Positions 33,515 through 45,655 of a DNA stretch of 64,000 nt are shown piece by piece. Under the pieces are notes generated by a model. The model searched no databases. It was given only the letters and a program-made list of their open reading frames with translations, and was not told the DNA's origin. Location: assembly GCA_964016885.1 (NCBI GenBank), contig OZ024741.1, positions 119,784,001 through 119,848,000 of the forward strand. Direction: 5' to 3'. The first letter of the stretch is position 1, and each line of letters opens with the position of its first letter. The position numbers and the translations under genes are program-made. Source of the stretch: Eledone cirrhosa (lineage: Eukaryota).

Positions 33515-33821
33515 TTAAGAAGCACCAAGAGTCAATATGCTATTAATCTAACACACGTTTCAGCTGGTAGAGCTTCAACCCGAGGATGTGAAGTTAGAAA
33601 GTCAGAAATTTAAAAAATTCTTTAAGGAAATTCTTTTCCAAAATATTATCATCCAAATTTCCTTATGTTTTTATACTTCAACCATAGCTTTGGTGCTTCT
33701 AAATTTTTATAAATCAGCTCTGCATGAACCCCATTGCATCGAGCTTTAAATCCTCTGGTAAAGTTTATACCCAGTAATAACAACGCTGTTATTATTATTA
33801 ATATTATATATGTATATATAT

Positions 33822-34350
33822 ATAAATGGAAAAGAATGAAACGAAATTTCATTTCTCACTCTTAGTACGGCTGATACTTAAATACATTAAATATAAGTAT
33901 GTATACGTACATACATATATGTATACAGACGTACAATAGTATGCAAATATATACATACATGCACACATATATATATGCACGTATGGGTTTACCGAACATT
34001 TATTATAATGTTTGTAAACAAACAGCCCGAATTATTAGCTGTACAGTGTTCGGCAACCATCGTTGCCCTTTTGTTCAACACTGACAAAGGAACGATGAAC
34101 TAGTTTCAAGCTTATTAGGTATCGTCAGCATCGTATACCTTCCTGTCAGATGATTGAACGTTTGAAAGTATATACTTTCCTTATGCATATTAACGGTTGA
34201 GCAGCCTAATTTGCATATCGAGTGAGTTAGTCGGCCGGGTGTACCGAAAACGATAAATGGAAAAGAATGAAACGAAATTTCATTTCTCACTCTTAGTACG
34301 GCTGATACTTAAATATAAGTATGTATACGTACATACATATATGTATGTAT
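33822..34350 (+). repeat. Unclassified ~430-bp repeat unit with a ~100-bp direct repeat at both ends
   Basis: 33822-33925 recurs at 34253-34347; the body matches 63183-63587 inverted. Confidence 0.85.
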
Positions 34351-34376
34351 ACATATCTGACAGGAAGGTATACGAT

Positions 34377-37300
34377 CGTGGTAAATACGGAAAGCCATTT
34401 CATTCGTCTGACGTCATGAAGAATAGCAGCGGCAGCCGTTATAACAGCAGCAGCAGCAACAGTGGCGAGGAAAATACTAGTAGCAGCCGCAACAACATCA
34501 GCAGCAACATAAACAACAACAGCAGCAGCAACAACAGCAACAACAACAGCAGCAACAACAACAACAACAACCACAGCAACAGCGGCGGAGGCGGTCGTAG
34601 TACCAGCAGCAACAAGAAAAGTAACAGCAGCTCTGACGACAACAACAACAACAAGAAAGTAAAACCAATCTCGTTTGCAGGTATCGCAAAGAACCTGGAA
34701 ACCATCCTTATAACAAATGAGGAATTACAGGAAGCAAAGAAGATGGTGACGAAAACCAGACACCGAGCAATCTGCAAGGCAGCCGAAGAATTTTTCGAAA
34801 CCCAACAGCACTGTACGGTCACGTACCGTACAGTAAGCACAAAATCACGTAGGGTTGAAAGAGCCACAGAGGCTCAAATACAAAAAGCCTTAGGGTCTGT
34901 GTGGCAGCGGAAAACGCATATCACCCGAGGCAAGAAATATGCCACTGTGGATGTGCTTTTTGCCACACCCCAGAAGGCAAAGGCTCAATCCTTAGTGATC
35001 CCCCTAAGGAGCGAGGAAATGGTGTTGGTGCCCTCCTACTGCGGGCAAAAAATTGTGAGGGTTAAACTGACCCAAGCCCCCCCCCTCCCCGAGATGGCCC
35101 CTTCTTGGCTGGCCGCGTCTGTCCTCGTCGGAATCGAGGACAAAACAACCGTACTGCAAGTGCAGAAAAAAGTACGAGAAGATTGGGTCGGCACCTCCAT
35201 TGAGATGTTAATTCAAACCAACCAGGAGTGCATCGAAGCTATCCCGGATGTGATAGACTTCGATAACGGTACTCAACTTCCCATAAGTGTTGAGGGCAAA
35301 CACCCGAAATGCTTTCGCTGTGGGTCAAAGACTCACCTCAGGGCCTTCTGCAATGAGAAGACCCTGAGAAAGGAGAAAACCCGCCTCCTTCCGAAACTGG
35401 CTCCACTGCTATCAGCAACAGGACAGGCGGCAAGCAGCAATGATAGGTCCGTGGCGCCCATACCCACGCCACGGAAGTATTAACAACAACAGTAATACCA
35501 ACTGCAGCTGCAACAGAGACTCCACTGCAAACATCACCAACAAGAACAAGTGAAAGAGTGGAGCTGGTACCCCTCCCCGACCTCACATAATCGGACATGG
35601 AGTGTGAGGTGGGAGAGGGATGGCAAAAGGTCGCAAGAAGGCACAAACGCAGAAGCAGCGCATCGTCGCCTTCGAAAAGGGAGGGAAGAAATGAAAAAAG
35701 AGTAAAGGCTACTGCAAAGAAACTTACAGCAGCAACACCACCAACACCATCACCACCCACACTAGCACTACCATCACCACCGGCGGCAACCCCACCGCAA
35801 ACAAAAACAACATCTTCAACACCACCACCACAAGCACCAACATCGCAAACACAACTACAAAACACACACACCCAGCAACAACGACAAGAAAATAGCAGAA
35901 CCACACCCCACCCCCAGAAAAAGAAATGCACAGCAATAAATACACACAACAAGAAACTAATGACTTACATAATTTAACACACAGACATTTCACAGCATGA
36001 CTACATAATACCAGCACCAATCAAAACACCAACGAACATAAGACTGGTAAGAATATCACAGAAACAATACAGAAACATTAAAATGAAATTCCCCAACGCA
36101 GTTGGCGATTTCATAGACCTACTCGGATATGCTCACAGAAGAGCCGACGACCAGCCGAAGGGACGATTCAACGGTCCCTTCACCAGACGATCAAGGTAAG
36201 TGATCCTTTCTCACATGCCCCGTTCCTCACCCAACATGGCCGTATTCAGGATCGGAAGTGTAAACGTGCGTGGCTTGAGCTCGGTTTGGAAGCAAGGTCA
36301 CTTGCTTAACGACCTCAGGTCACTAAACATAGATGTGGTGGCCATCAGCGAGACGAGAATCTCCGAAACGCAAGCCTTCACACCGATCTTCGACGGTTAC
36401 GAGGTGTACGCATCTCCGAGCCGTCCGCGAGCGGGGGGCGGAGTGGCTGTGTTGTTTCGGAAAGGCTTGGGTCTCGCCATACGGACCATCTTCTTGGACC
36501 CAGAAGGTAAGTCGGTGGTGCTGGACGTAAGCAGCACCGAAGTCAACGCTTTCAGGCTAGTAGCCGTCTATGCCACGACAGGGACAGCACGGCCAGATTT
36601 CTTTAGACGTCTAGAGACCTCTCTTGGAACGTCCCGCTCTTTAGTGTTAGTGGGCGACTGGAACGGTATCTTGGATGCACGCTGGGATTGTGTGGGGATA
36701 GTGGATAGGGGAGGAGGGGGAAACCTGCTCAGACATTTTGAACTGTCTGACAGGTATCGCTGTATTACCCGAATGTGCCAATGTGGACATGGACAAACCG
36801 CATCGGATCATCCAGAGTGTATCTCGATAGGGTATTCTGCAGGGAACTAGATAAGGCCAGTATAAGTTGTCCACAATTTAAAATAGTTGACTACACAGAC
36901 CACAAATTTGTGATCTGTGAGATCGACATAGACAGACTTCATAGACAAGGGCTTGGTTACTGGAATCTGAACGCGTCTTTCCCGGCGCGCAAAGCCTACA
37001 GAGACCGGATTAGCGTATTAGTTAAGCGAGCGTTGACGGGAGCGGTCGTCAACAACAGGTGGTGGTTCGCCCTGAAAAGGGCTATTAAATTAGAGTCGAT
37101 TAGGTTTAGCAAAGGACTAATGATAGAGGAAGATAGAAGAGGCGTTTCGGACAGGCATCGCAACCGTCGGGCTTGCGGCGAGATTGGCACTCGACTAATT
37201 CTTCAACGCAAAACACGAAGGCTGCGTTATCAGAGCTAGAGCGCATGCTCTGAAACACGAGGGGACAAAAGCCGTCCTATGGGCCCGGGTGGCAGAGGCG

Positions 37301-39870
37301 CGACGTTGCAACAAAGCCACAATTCGGTCTTTGTCTGACCAAAACGGGCGCGTGTTGCTTGAACCCGAGCAGATGTGTGAAGCTTTTCAGCAGCACTTTG
37401 CTGAACTGTTCGGGAGCAGCGGCGGGCCGGATCGGGGTATGAACTTTAGTGCATACCTCGATGGACTGCCTCGGCTCTCGACGACCGCAGCACAGTGTTG
37501 CGAAAAGACAATAACAGCCGGTGAAATACGGGAAGCGATGGCTAATATGCTCGAGGTGTAAATCGCCAGGTTTGGATGGTCTGCCCTACGAGCTTTATGC
37601 ATTTTGGCAGCAGAACGGGAGCATTCCTAGTTTTGTGAACCGGGGAGCGGTGGCGCTGCTGAGAAAAGACCCGAACAAGGGGGATGTTATCGATAACTTC
37701 AGGCCCATAAACCTGCTAAACGCAGATATCAAGATTTTGGCCAAGGTGTTAGCGACGGGGTTGGCGCTTGTCGTCAAGGGTCTGGTGGGATAGGCGTAGA
37801 CATGCGCCATTCCGGACAGATCCATACACGATAACCTCCACCTCATGCGATACATCATAGAGAGGGTGGTTAAGGAACCTGGCACGGGTGGGGCCCTGGT
37901 CAACTTGGATCAATCCAAAGCATTCGATAGGGTCGACCATCGGTACTTGGAGGCGGTCCTCGAGGCAGCCGGTTTCGGGCCCGTTTTCAGGGGTTGGATC
38001 GCTGCGATGTACAGCGACATCTGCTTAGTTGTGAGGGTCAACGGTCACCTGTCGCAGCCGTTCAGCATCATGCGCTCGGTCCGCCAGGGTTGTCTCCTCT
38101 CGACCCTCTACGTATTGGCTCTCGAGCCGTTACTGCACAAACTGGGGGCGATGAGGGGCGTCCCACGCGAACTAGGATGCGGGAAATCCGAGTCGGCTTA
38201 CGCCGACGACATCACCGAGGTGGTGTCTAGCACCAGGCACGTCCACATGCTCGGCACCGCTCTCAAGGACTATGAAGCGGTGACAGGAGCAAAGATAAAC
38301 CAGGAAAAGTCGGTGGGCTCGCAGCTCGGCACCCGGAGAGGCAAGTCCATGCCGTCCGATAGCGTCGTAGGGCTTTGGACGGACGGACCGGTTAAATTGC
38401 TCGGGGTCTGGTTCAGACCGGACCTCCAGATGGAGAAAAACTGGAGCGAGGTGACGAACAGGGTAGCCTCACTCACCCAGAAATGGGCCGAGAGGAAGCT
38501 GTCCCTGAAAGGCCGGGCGGAAGTGGCGAATGCGTACATCGCATCCGTCATCTGCTACCGCCTCACCGTCGTCCCTTGCCCCGGCCCAACTCTCACCAAA
38601 ATGGAGCGCCTCCTCTTCCGCTTTTTGTGGAAGGGACGCGCTTCCATGGTCAGACGATCCATCTGCTGTCAACACTCGTTGCGTGGTGGACTGGGCATGC
38701 CATGGCTGATGATTCGCAAACATGCGCTGAGGCTGCGACATCTCTGGTGCTTCCTTGACGGTGAACAGGTGTGGTCGCCGTTTGCCAGGCACGTTTTCCC
38801 ACAGCTCGTCTCCTTGACAGAGCTGCAGTCCTGGGTCAGGAAAAGACCGAGGGATAGCGCTTGGAAACTGGAATGTCTCCAGGCACTCGGTGCCCTCTGC
38901 CAGCTGGGCACCAGTATCGGTGGAACATCCACCTCGGCGTTCTATAGAGAACTACTGGAGGAGAAGAGCGACGACGTTCTCGGAGAGATCCTGGGCGTCG
39001 AAGAAGATCAGCTGTTTACTCTCTTCCGGAGAACTTTCAACCAAGGGCCTATGGATAACTTCCAAAAATCCCTGGCCTGGCAGTGCTAACGGGGAGCGTT
39101 GCTGGTTCGAGATAAGCTCTACAGGCACGGAAGTGCCGTCAACCGAGCCTGTCCGAGATGCGCGCTGAGCGACGAAACCGTCGTGCACGCACTTGTTCAG
39201 TGCCCGAGCATTTCTGACTTGTGGAGCTATGTCGAACTGTTGCTGTCGCGTGTAGGACTGATCCGGTTATCGACTGAGTTCATTGTGCAGATGGTCTCGC
39301 CGTCTTCCTTCGAGGAGGAAGGGCCGGCGGTTTTCATCTGCCTGGTGGCCATGGCGAAAGAGATTGTGTGGTGGACAAGGTTGAAAGGGTTAAAGACAGA
39401 TACTTTCCTCTTCGGTGAATCCCTAATTAACTTTTTCAAGTTTCACTTGAAGAGGAAAATCAGGGTGGAGAGGCAAGTGCTGTCTTCTAGCAAGTTTGTT
39501 GAAAGGTGGGTGAATGTAGCGAGAATGGTCCGAGTGAACGGGACCGCTCTGAATATACGCCTGTAGTTTGAGAAATGGAAACATTGAGAGAGGGCGCTTG
39601 CCCTGGTGGTCAGGGTGGCCGTGGTCTTTTGTGTGGTTTTAGCCACGAGTAACCCTCGGAAGTTTCCCCCCTATTGGGGAATTTTTCATTGTTTCAATTT
39701 TCATTTTTATTGTTTATATATATATATGTTTCTATGTCTTTTTTTTTCTTTTCTTATATAAATAATAAAAATCTTTACACGCACAAAACCCACATCGTAC
39801 CGTCCTGTGCCGTCTGTAATGTTTTTCTTGATGTCAGCCCTTGTGGCCAATAAAGAAATCATTATTATTA
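34377..39870 (+). mobile_element. Near-full-length degenerate Tx1 (ORF1 from ~34380, ORF2 36236-39566, 3' UTR, (ATT)3)
   Basis: Frameshifted and stop-disrupted ORF1 (CFRCGSKTHLRAFC) and ORF2 (MAVFRIGSVNVRG...YADD...CPRC). Confidence 0.92.
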
Positions 39871-40666
39871 CTCGAAGATGCTCTGGGCGTAGACGAAGTC
39901 GAACTGATAAGTCTGTCCAGGGGGACTTTCGAGCCGGGGCCTATGGATAACTTCCATAAATCTCTCGCTTGTCAGTGCTACCGGGGAGCACGGCCGGCTC
40001 GAGATAAACTCTACAGACACGAAAGTGCTCTCAGACGAACAGGCCCGTGATGCGCGCAGAACGAAACCGTTCTGCATGCACTCGTCCAGTGTCCGTGCAT
40101 TACTGACTTGTAGAGTTATGTCAAGCAGTTGTTGTCGTGTATAGAATGGATCTGGCTATCGACCGAGTTCATAGTGAAGATCGCCCCACCGCCTTCTTTT
40201 GATTGGGAAGGGTAGGTAGTTTTCCTTTGTCTGTTGGTGGTAGCGAAAGAGGTTGAGGGGTGGACCAGGTGGAAAGGACAAAATTCAGACACTTTTCTCT
40301 AAAACCAATCCCTCATCAACTTTTTCAAGTTTCACTTCAAGATCGGTGAATGTGGCGAGAATGGGTCGCGTGAATGGGCCTACGCTAAGCATGTGCCTGT
40401 AGGCTGGTTGACTTGAGCAGGAGAGAGGTGCCCTCGAAGCATCGGGTGGTTCAGGATTTGTGGCGTACTTGAGTCGCCTCTGGGTGGTTCACCACCTACT
40501 GGGGAATATATTTTGTTTCATTTTTATATATTTTATATTTTTTCACTGTTAATTGTTTTTGTTATCGTGTATTTTTACTCAATTTTATTGTAAAGCCCCC
40601 ACTGTCTCCGTCTTTGTACTGTCCCCTATGTGTCGGCCCTTGTGGCCAATAAATGAAACTATTATT
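39871..40666 (+). mobile_element. Old 5'-truncated Tx1 directly after the previous tail
   Basis: GPMDNFHKSLACQCYRGA; ends CCCTTGTGGCCAATAAATGAAACTATTATT. Confidence 0.85.
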
Positions 40667-40766
40667 CCGCCGAGGTTAACTTTGCCTTTCATCCTAACGG
40701 GGTCGATAAAATAAAGTACCAGTAATGTACTGGGTAATTGCTGGCCTTGTGCCAAAAGTAGAAACA

Positions 40767-40800
<34 letters not shown>
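40667..40800 (+). mobile_element. SINE body and 3' end with an (ATT)n tail
   Basis: GCCTTTCATCCTAACGGGGTCGATAAAATAAAGTACCAG core (resembles the Meta/Sauria-type SINE central domain, from memory); ends GGCCTTGTGCCAAAAGTAGAAACA(ATT)n. Confidence 0.8.
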
Positions 40801-40805
<5 letters not shown>

Positions 40806-41084
40806 GTACACACACACATATATAGATACATATATATGTGTGTGTATAAGATAGTACAAACAATTTCATTACATATACCATTACATAATCTATATATTCC
40901 ACATTTACTTTTTTCAAATTTTCTAAGATAGAAATCATTCGCTCCTAATCGAAAAATGAAATCGATATTTTGGGAATAATCATGCATTTTCATTATAATG
41001 TTATATTGGAATAAAATATTTTATATGTAACATAATTGTGTATTTTGTAAATCAGATGTTTTTGTTAAACTCTATCGTAATATA

Positions 41085-41104
41085 TTCTTTCTTTATTTTC
41101 ACAG
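41085..41104 (+). promoter_or_regulatory. Probable 3' splice site of a 5'-UTR intron
   Basis: ttctttctttattttcacAG, about 207 nt upstream of the receptor ATG. Confidence 0.6.
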
Positions 41105-41311
41105 ATACATTACTTACGAAATAACTTATTCTAACGAAACTTTGTGTTACTATTTAAGAATCGATACATAATAATTGCTAATGGAAAGACAACTCTTGAC
41201 ATAGCTTGACATTGAAGTAAATGAAGACGTTACATCCTGGAAAAATATATTGATTCGCTTAAAATTCTATAAAAATATATCTGGTTACAATATTTAACAT
41301 CAATATTGAAA

Positions 41312-43306
41312 ATGTCGCACTATTTGAGAAATCTAATATTCATTATTCTGATAACTTTTGGAAACGAAATTATTCATCAGTCATATTGTTTGGTAGAAAA
41401 TCCTGAATGTTCTTCGACTCTGTGTTATACTGGAAGTTCAGAAATAAGATGTTCTTGTCATAAATACTGTTATCTATATAATGAATGTTGTTCAGATAAG
41501 ATCAACCAAACTAGTATTCAGCATAGAAGACATTCAATAGATTATAGTTGCAGGAAAATTAATGAGGAGAAATTAGACCGTTATTTTATATTTGACCGTT
41601 GTCTAAACGACCATACAGTACCAGAACATGTTACTTATTGTGAAACTCCTGATATAAATGACAGAATATCCAATATACCAGCTTTAGGAAAACAAACTAA
41701 AAGACTTTACAGGAATTTGTTTTGTGCTCTGTGTAATGGAGAGGAATACATATTATGGACAATTCATTACAGATGTAGAAATCAGATCGATATAGATGTT
41801 ACACTCTTCCCAGATATTTTAATAAAGAATCACTGTAATTTATCAATTGAAGCACCATTAAACTATAGTGATTACCAATATCCATGTATAGATTACGTTT
41901 CAAAGTGTCCCTCACATGATACCAATAAAACTTTACTTTATTCTTGTATGTTTGAACCAATGGCTATTGTACGATCCAATGGAACTAATTTTAAAAACAT
42001 TCACTGTGCAGTCTGTAATGGTATTGACGTTAATGATATTGACTGTAATGTATCTATGTTGAGTAGATCGGATTATGGATTTGAGGTGTATCCTATAATA
42101 GCAATATTTAACTATAATGATAATAATGTTGAAGTTTGGAATACATTGAATGGAAGAAATTATTTGAGACAGTTACCAGCTTGTTCTCAAGGGTCTGTTT
42201 ACGATGAAATGAAGAAAGAATGTCAACAAGTGGACTATACATCCTGGTTAAATTGTACATTTGAAAGACTAAATGAATCTGAATATTACATCACTAATGA
42301 TGGCCTCCTTTACTTAAATAATACCCAACGTTTCCTAAACAGATCAGAATTCAATCAAGATCCACAAGGCATAAGTATCTGTGTAAATGACAGCAATCAT
42401 AAGATACCAAAATTACCAAAATATCATATTGTTGCGGGATATATTACATTAGTTGGACTAATGATCTCAATTCCAGCTCTAGCAATCACTATTATAGTCT
42501 ACCTCTGTATACCTGAACTCCGTACCTTACCTGGTAAATTACTCATTAATCTTTTATCATCAATGTTTGTAGCAGAACTTATGTTTCTGATCTCACCGCA
42601 AATTTCACAAATGTTTTTGTGTACATCTTTAGCTGTTCTGATGCATTATTTTTTCCTAACATCTTTCTTCTGGATGAATGTCTTGTCCTTTGATGCCTGG
42701 TACACTTTCTCGGGACTCACACCTCTACGAAGTACAGAAAAAGATACCAAAATACTCGTCTATTATTCTCTTTATGCCTGGGTCTGTCCACTCATAATTG
42801 TAACAGTTTCACTTATATTACAATATGTCCCAGGTAATCACGGCCTTTCTCCAGAATATGGCAAAGGATTCTTTTGTTGGATAACAAATATACAAACTCG
42901 ATTGTCGCTGTTTATAGTTCCGATAATTATAATTTTATGTCTTAATACTTTATCTTTCATACTCACCGCTAGAGGTCTCTATTTAGCCAATAAAAATTCA
43001 TCAAAATATCTTGAAGTGCATAATAAAACGAAATTCAAAGTTTATTTTAAATTAAGTCTTATAATGGGCTTAACATGGATATTCACATTCTTTCCTTCTT
43101 TGCACAAAATTTCTGCACTTTTCTTTCTAGCCTGCATTTTAAATTCTTTTATCGGTTTAATAATAAGTATATCATTTCTGTCAACGAAAATTGTTAGACG
43201 TCATTTTTATTTGAAATTCTGTCAAAGATATTACAAAGGAAATTGTAAACATATTGATAATTCGACCAGTTCTAACAAAACTTTGTCAACCAATGTGAAT
43301 TTTTAG
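41312..43306 (+). CDS. Intronless family-B (Methuselah-like/adhesion-type) GPCR with a Cys-rich ectodomain (664 aa)
   Basis: Signal peptide; somatomedin-B-like CSCHKYCYLYNECCSD; two (Y/F)xNxxCAxCNG repeats; 7TM with LRTLPGK, HYFFLTSFFWMNVLSFD, YSLYAW, CWI, KLSLIMGLTW. ATG at 41312 (the track start at 41306 is TTG). Confidence 0.92.
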   Translation: MSHYLRNLIFIILITFGNEIIHQSYCLVENPECSSTLCYTGSSEIRCSCHKYCYLYNECCSDKINQTSIQHRRHSIDYSCRKINEEKLDRYFIFDRCLNDHTVPEHVTYCETPDINDRISNIPALGKQTKRLYRNLFCALCNGEEYILWTIHYRCRNQIDIDVTLFPDILIKNHCNLSIEAPLNYSDYQYPCIDYVSKCPSHDTNKTLLYSCMFEPMAIVRSNGTNFKNIHCAVCNGIDVNDIDCNVSMLSRSDYGFEVYPIIAIFNYNDNNVEVWNTLNGRNYLRQLPACSQGSVYDEMKKECQQVDYTSWLNCTFERLNESEYYITNDGLLYLNNTQRFLNRSEFNQDPQGISICVNDSNHKIPKLPKYHIVAGYITLVGLMISIPALAITIIVYLCIPELRTLPGKLLINLLSSMFVAELMFLISPQISQMFLCTSLAVLMHYFFLTSFFWMNVLSFDAWYTFSGLTPLRSTEKDTKILVYYSLYAWVCPLIIVTVSLILQYVPGNHGLSPEYGKGFFCWITNIQTRLSLFIVPIIIILCLNTLSFILTARGLYLANKNSSKYLEVHNKTKFKVYFKLSLIMGLTWIFTFFPSLHKISALFFLACILNSFIGLIISISFLSTKIVRRHFYLKFCQRYYKGNCKHIDNSTSSNKTLSTNVNF

Positions 43307-44099
43307 TGTTCTCTATTATGGCATATTGGACAATTTTAAATATTTAAATTAGTATTTAGTCTAAAAGACTAAATCTGAAAGATAAATCACTTACTGTCTT
43401 AATTATAGGAATTCGTGGTTTCAATTGTCAGACTAATAGAAACACACTCGCCCACTCACAAGCAATTATATAAACGCGTATTTGCGAGTGCGTGTACTTA
43501 TTTATATAAATACGCACGCACAAACGCACGCACACACCAACACACCCACACACACATATATATATACATACGGGAGTTAACACGAAGACAGAAGATTACG
43601 TTTCTGTTTTTCTTTATTAAGTTTGCGTAGTTAGGTAACCCCTAATATTTGGAACGTAGTCCATCAGATGTAAATACTATTGATATGCTTTAAGTTGTCC
43701 CTTTTGCATATGCTTTTCGGTCGCTCACTGCTTGATTATATAGTAGCAATCTTTTCTTAAAAATTAGTGAACGTGTTTTATAATCTTGCTTCATTCGTGG
43801 ATACTCGTGCACGTTTGTTTCTGTTATTTTACTTTGATTTAGGAAAGATGTTATGAACTCATGATGATAAACGTAAACTGTAGCTGTTTCGTTTGGTTTT
43901 CATTGTTTTCGTTTAGCTTGCACCAGTTCTGAATTACAGATGTCTTTGTGACACTACGCCGATATTGACTTTATCTATTAGGGGAATTTCCTAGTTAGTA
44001 GCATCTTTCATTCCATGTGGAATGAAACATGCTAAGAGCATTAAAAATATGTTTCGGTAAATTGGTTAAAAGGTACACAAATAGATAAGAGAGATAGAT

Positions 44100-44842
44100 A
44101 ATTCTTTCTGACTTAAGCACAAGGCCAACAATTTTGATGGAAGGGAATGGTGCTTTATTTTAGCGACCCCGTAAAGATGAAAAGCAAAGTTAACTTCGGC
44201 GGGATTTGAACTCAGAACGGAAAGGGCCGTAACTATATGCCGCAAGCATGTTGTCCGACGCAATACCGACACTGCCAACCCACCGGCTTTATAATAAAAA
44301 GTATAAATGGTAAAATAGGGAAATAAAAAACGTAAAATAAATAAATAATTAATAAATAAATAAAACGATAACAAATAAAGATAAAACAATAAAATAAAGT
44401 AAACAATGAAAGAATAAATAGCAAAAAGAATAAGAGAATATTAGTATGATAAAATAATTGTTTCTACTTTTGGCACAAGGCCAGCAAATACCCAGTGCAT
44501 TACTGGTACTTTATTTTATCGACCCCGTAAGGATGAAAGGCAAAGTTAACCTCGGCAGGATTTGAACTCAGAATGGAAAGGGCCGTAACTCTATGCGTCA
44601 AAGCATGGCGTCCGACCCTCTACCGATGATAAAATAATGGTTTCTTATATAGGCACAAGGCCAGCAATTTGGGGGGAGGGGAAAGTCGATTAAATCGACC
44701 CCAGTGCTTGATTGGTACTTTATTTTATCGACTCCGTAAGGATAAAAGGCAAAGTAAACCTCGGCGGGATTTGAACTCAGAATGGAAAGGGTCGTAACTC
44801 TATGCGTCAAAGCATGGCGTCTGACCCTCTACCGATGATAAC
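44100..44842 (-). mobile_element. Three same-orientation SINE copies (~44100-44285, 44455-44630, 44632-44842)
   Basis: Each has ggcacaaggcc...gaccccgtaa.gatgaaa.gcaaagttaac.tcggc.ggatttgaactcag; the last two are head-to-tail. Confidence 0.85.
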
Positions 44843-45184
44843 ATAATGAAATAAAAATAACGAAGTAAAAATAACGAAATAAAGATAATAAAATTAAAAC
44901 ATATGTATGGATATAAATATGAACATATACAAATTAAAAATAATGGATTTAAGAGAAATTTGGTGTAAAATTATATAATAAAATCTGGGATACAATTGAT
45001 GAGAAATATGGCAGTTAGAAATAGTATAATAAAGTAGTATATTAATGACTAAACATATACAATCAATACAGCACATCTAAAAAAACCCTGGTAGAGCACA
45101 TCTCCTCTCCAGGGCTGAATACAACAGATTCTTTTTCAAAGAAGGATAGAAAGTGAGAGATAGGAACTGAAAAAGAGATATAGG

Positions 45185-45332
45185 GGAAGAATCGATCCCA
45201 GTACTTGACTGGCACTTTTTTTTATTGACCTCGAATGGATGAGAGGCAAAGTTGAACTTAGAGAGTAGAGAGCCTGAACGAATACTGCGAAGCATTCTAT
45301 CCGACGTTCTAACGACTCTGCCAATTCTCCAC
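45185..45332 (-). mobile_element. Degenerate SINE copy
   Basis: Decayed core; paralogous with 49378-49542. Confidence 0.7.
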
Positions 45333-45564
45333 CTAATAACAGAGAATAAGGATAGAGAAAAAGTGGAGACTAAATAGAGGTATGACAGAGATGAACACAA
45401 TGGGAGAGTGAGCATTCAAACACACAAGTATACTATAGAATTAGTAATGTAAATCATAACTTAGTTATTGGCTGTCACAGTAACGATCTTCATAAATGGA
45501 GCTACAACAGCTATCATACTTTTAGTTTATAGAGATTACTTCAAGTTTTGTAGCTTAACTGTCA

Positions 45565-45655
45565 ATCTGGCAAAATGGGGATATTTAAAGGATGGGGACG
45601 TTGTGTGTGACTGCGGCATCGAACCACAGACTCCGCAGCACCTCCTGATATTCAA
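45565..45655 (+). pseudogene. RTE-X-like C-terminal fragment
   Basis: KWGY...CDCGIEPQTPQHLL motif. Confidence 0.5.

Noticed and set aside
34250-34330. snRNA gene (octamer upstream, ATACTTA resembling the U1 start)
   Set aside because: No further U1/U2 similarity and no Sm site.
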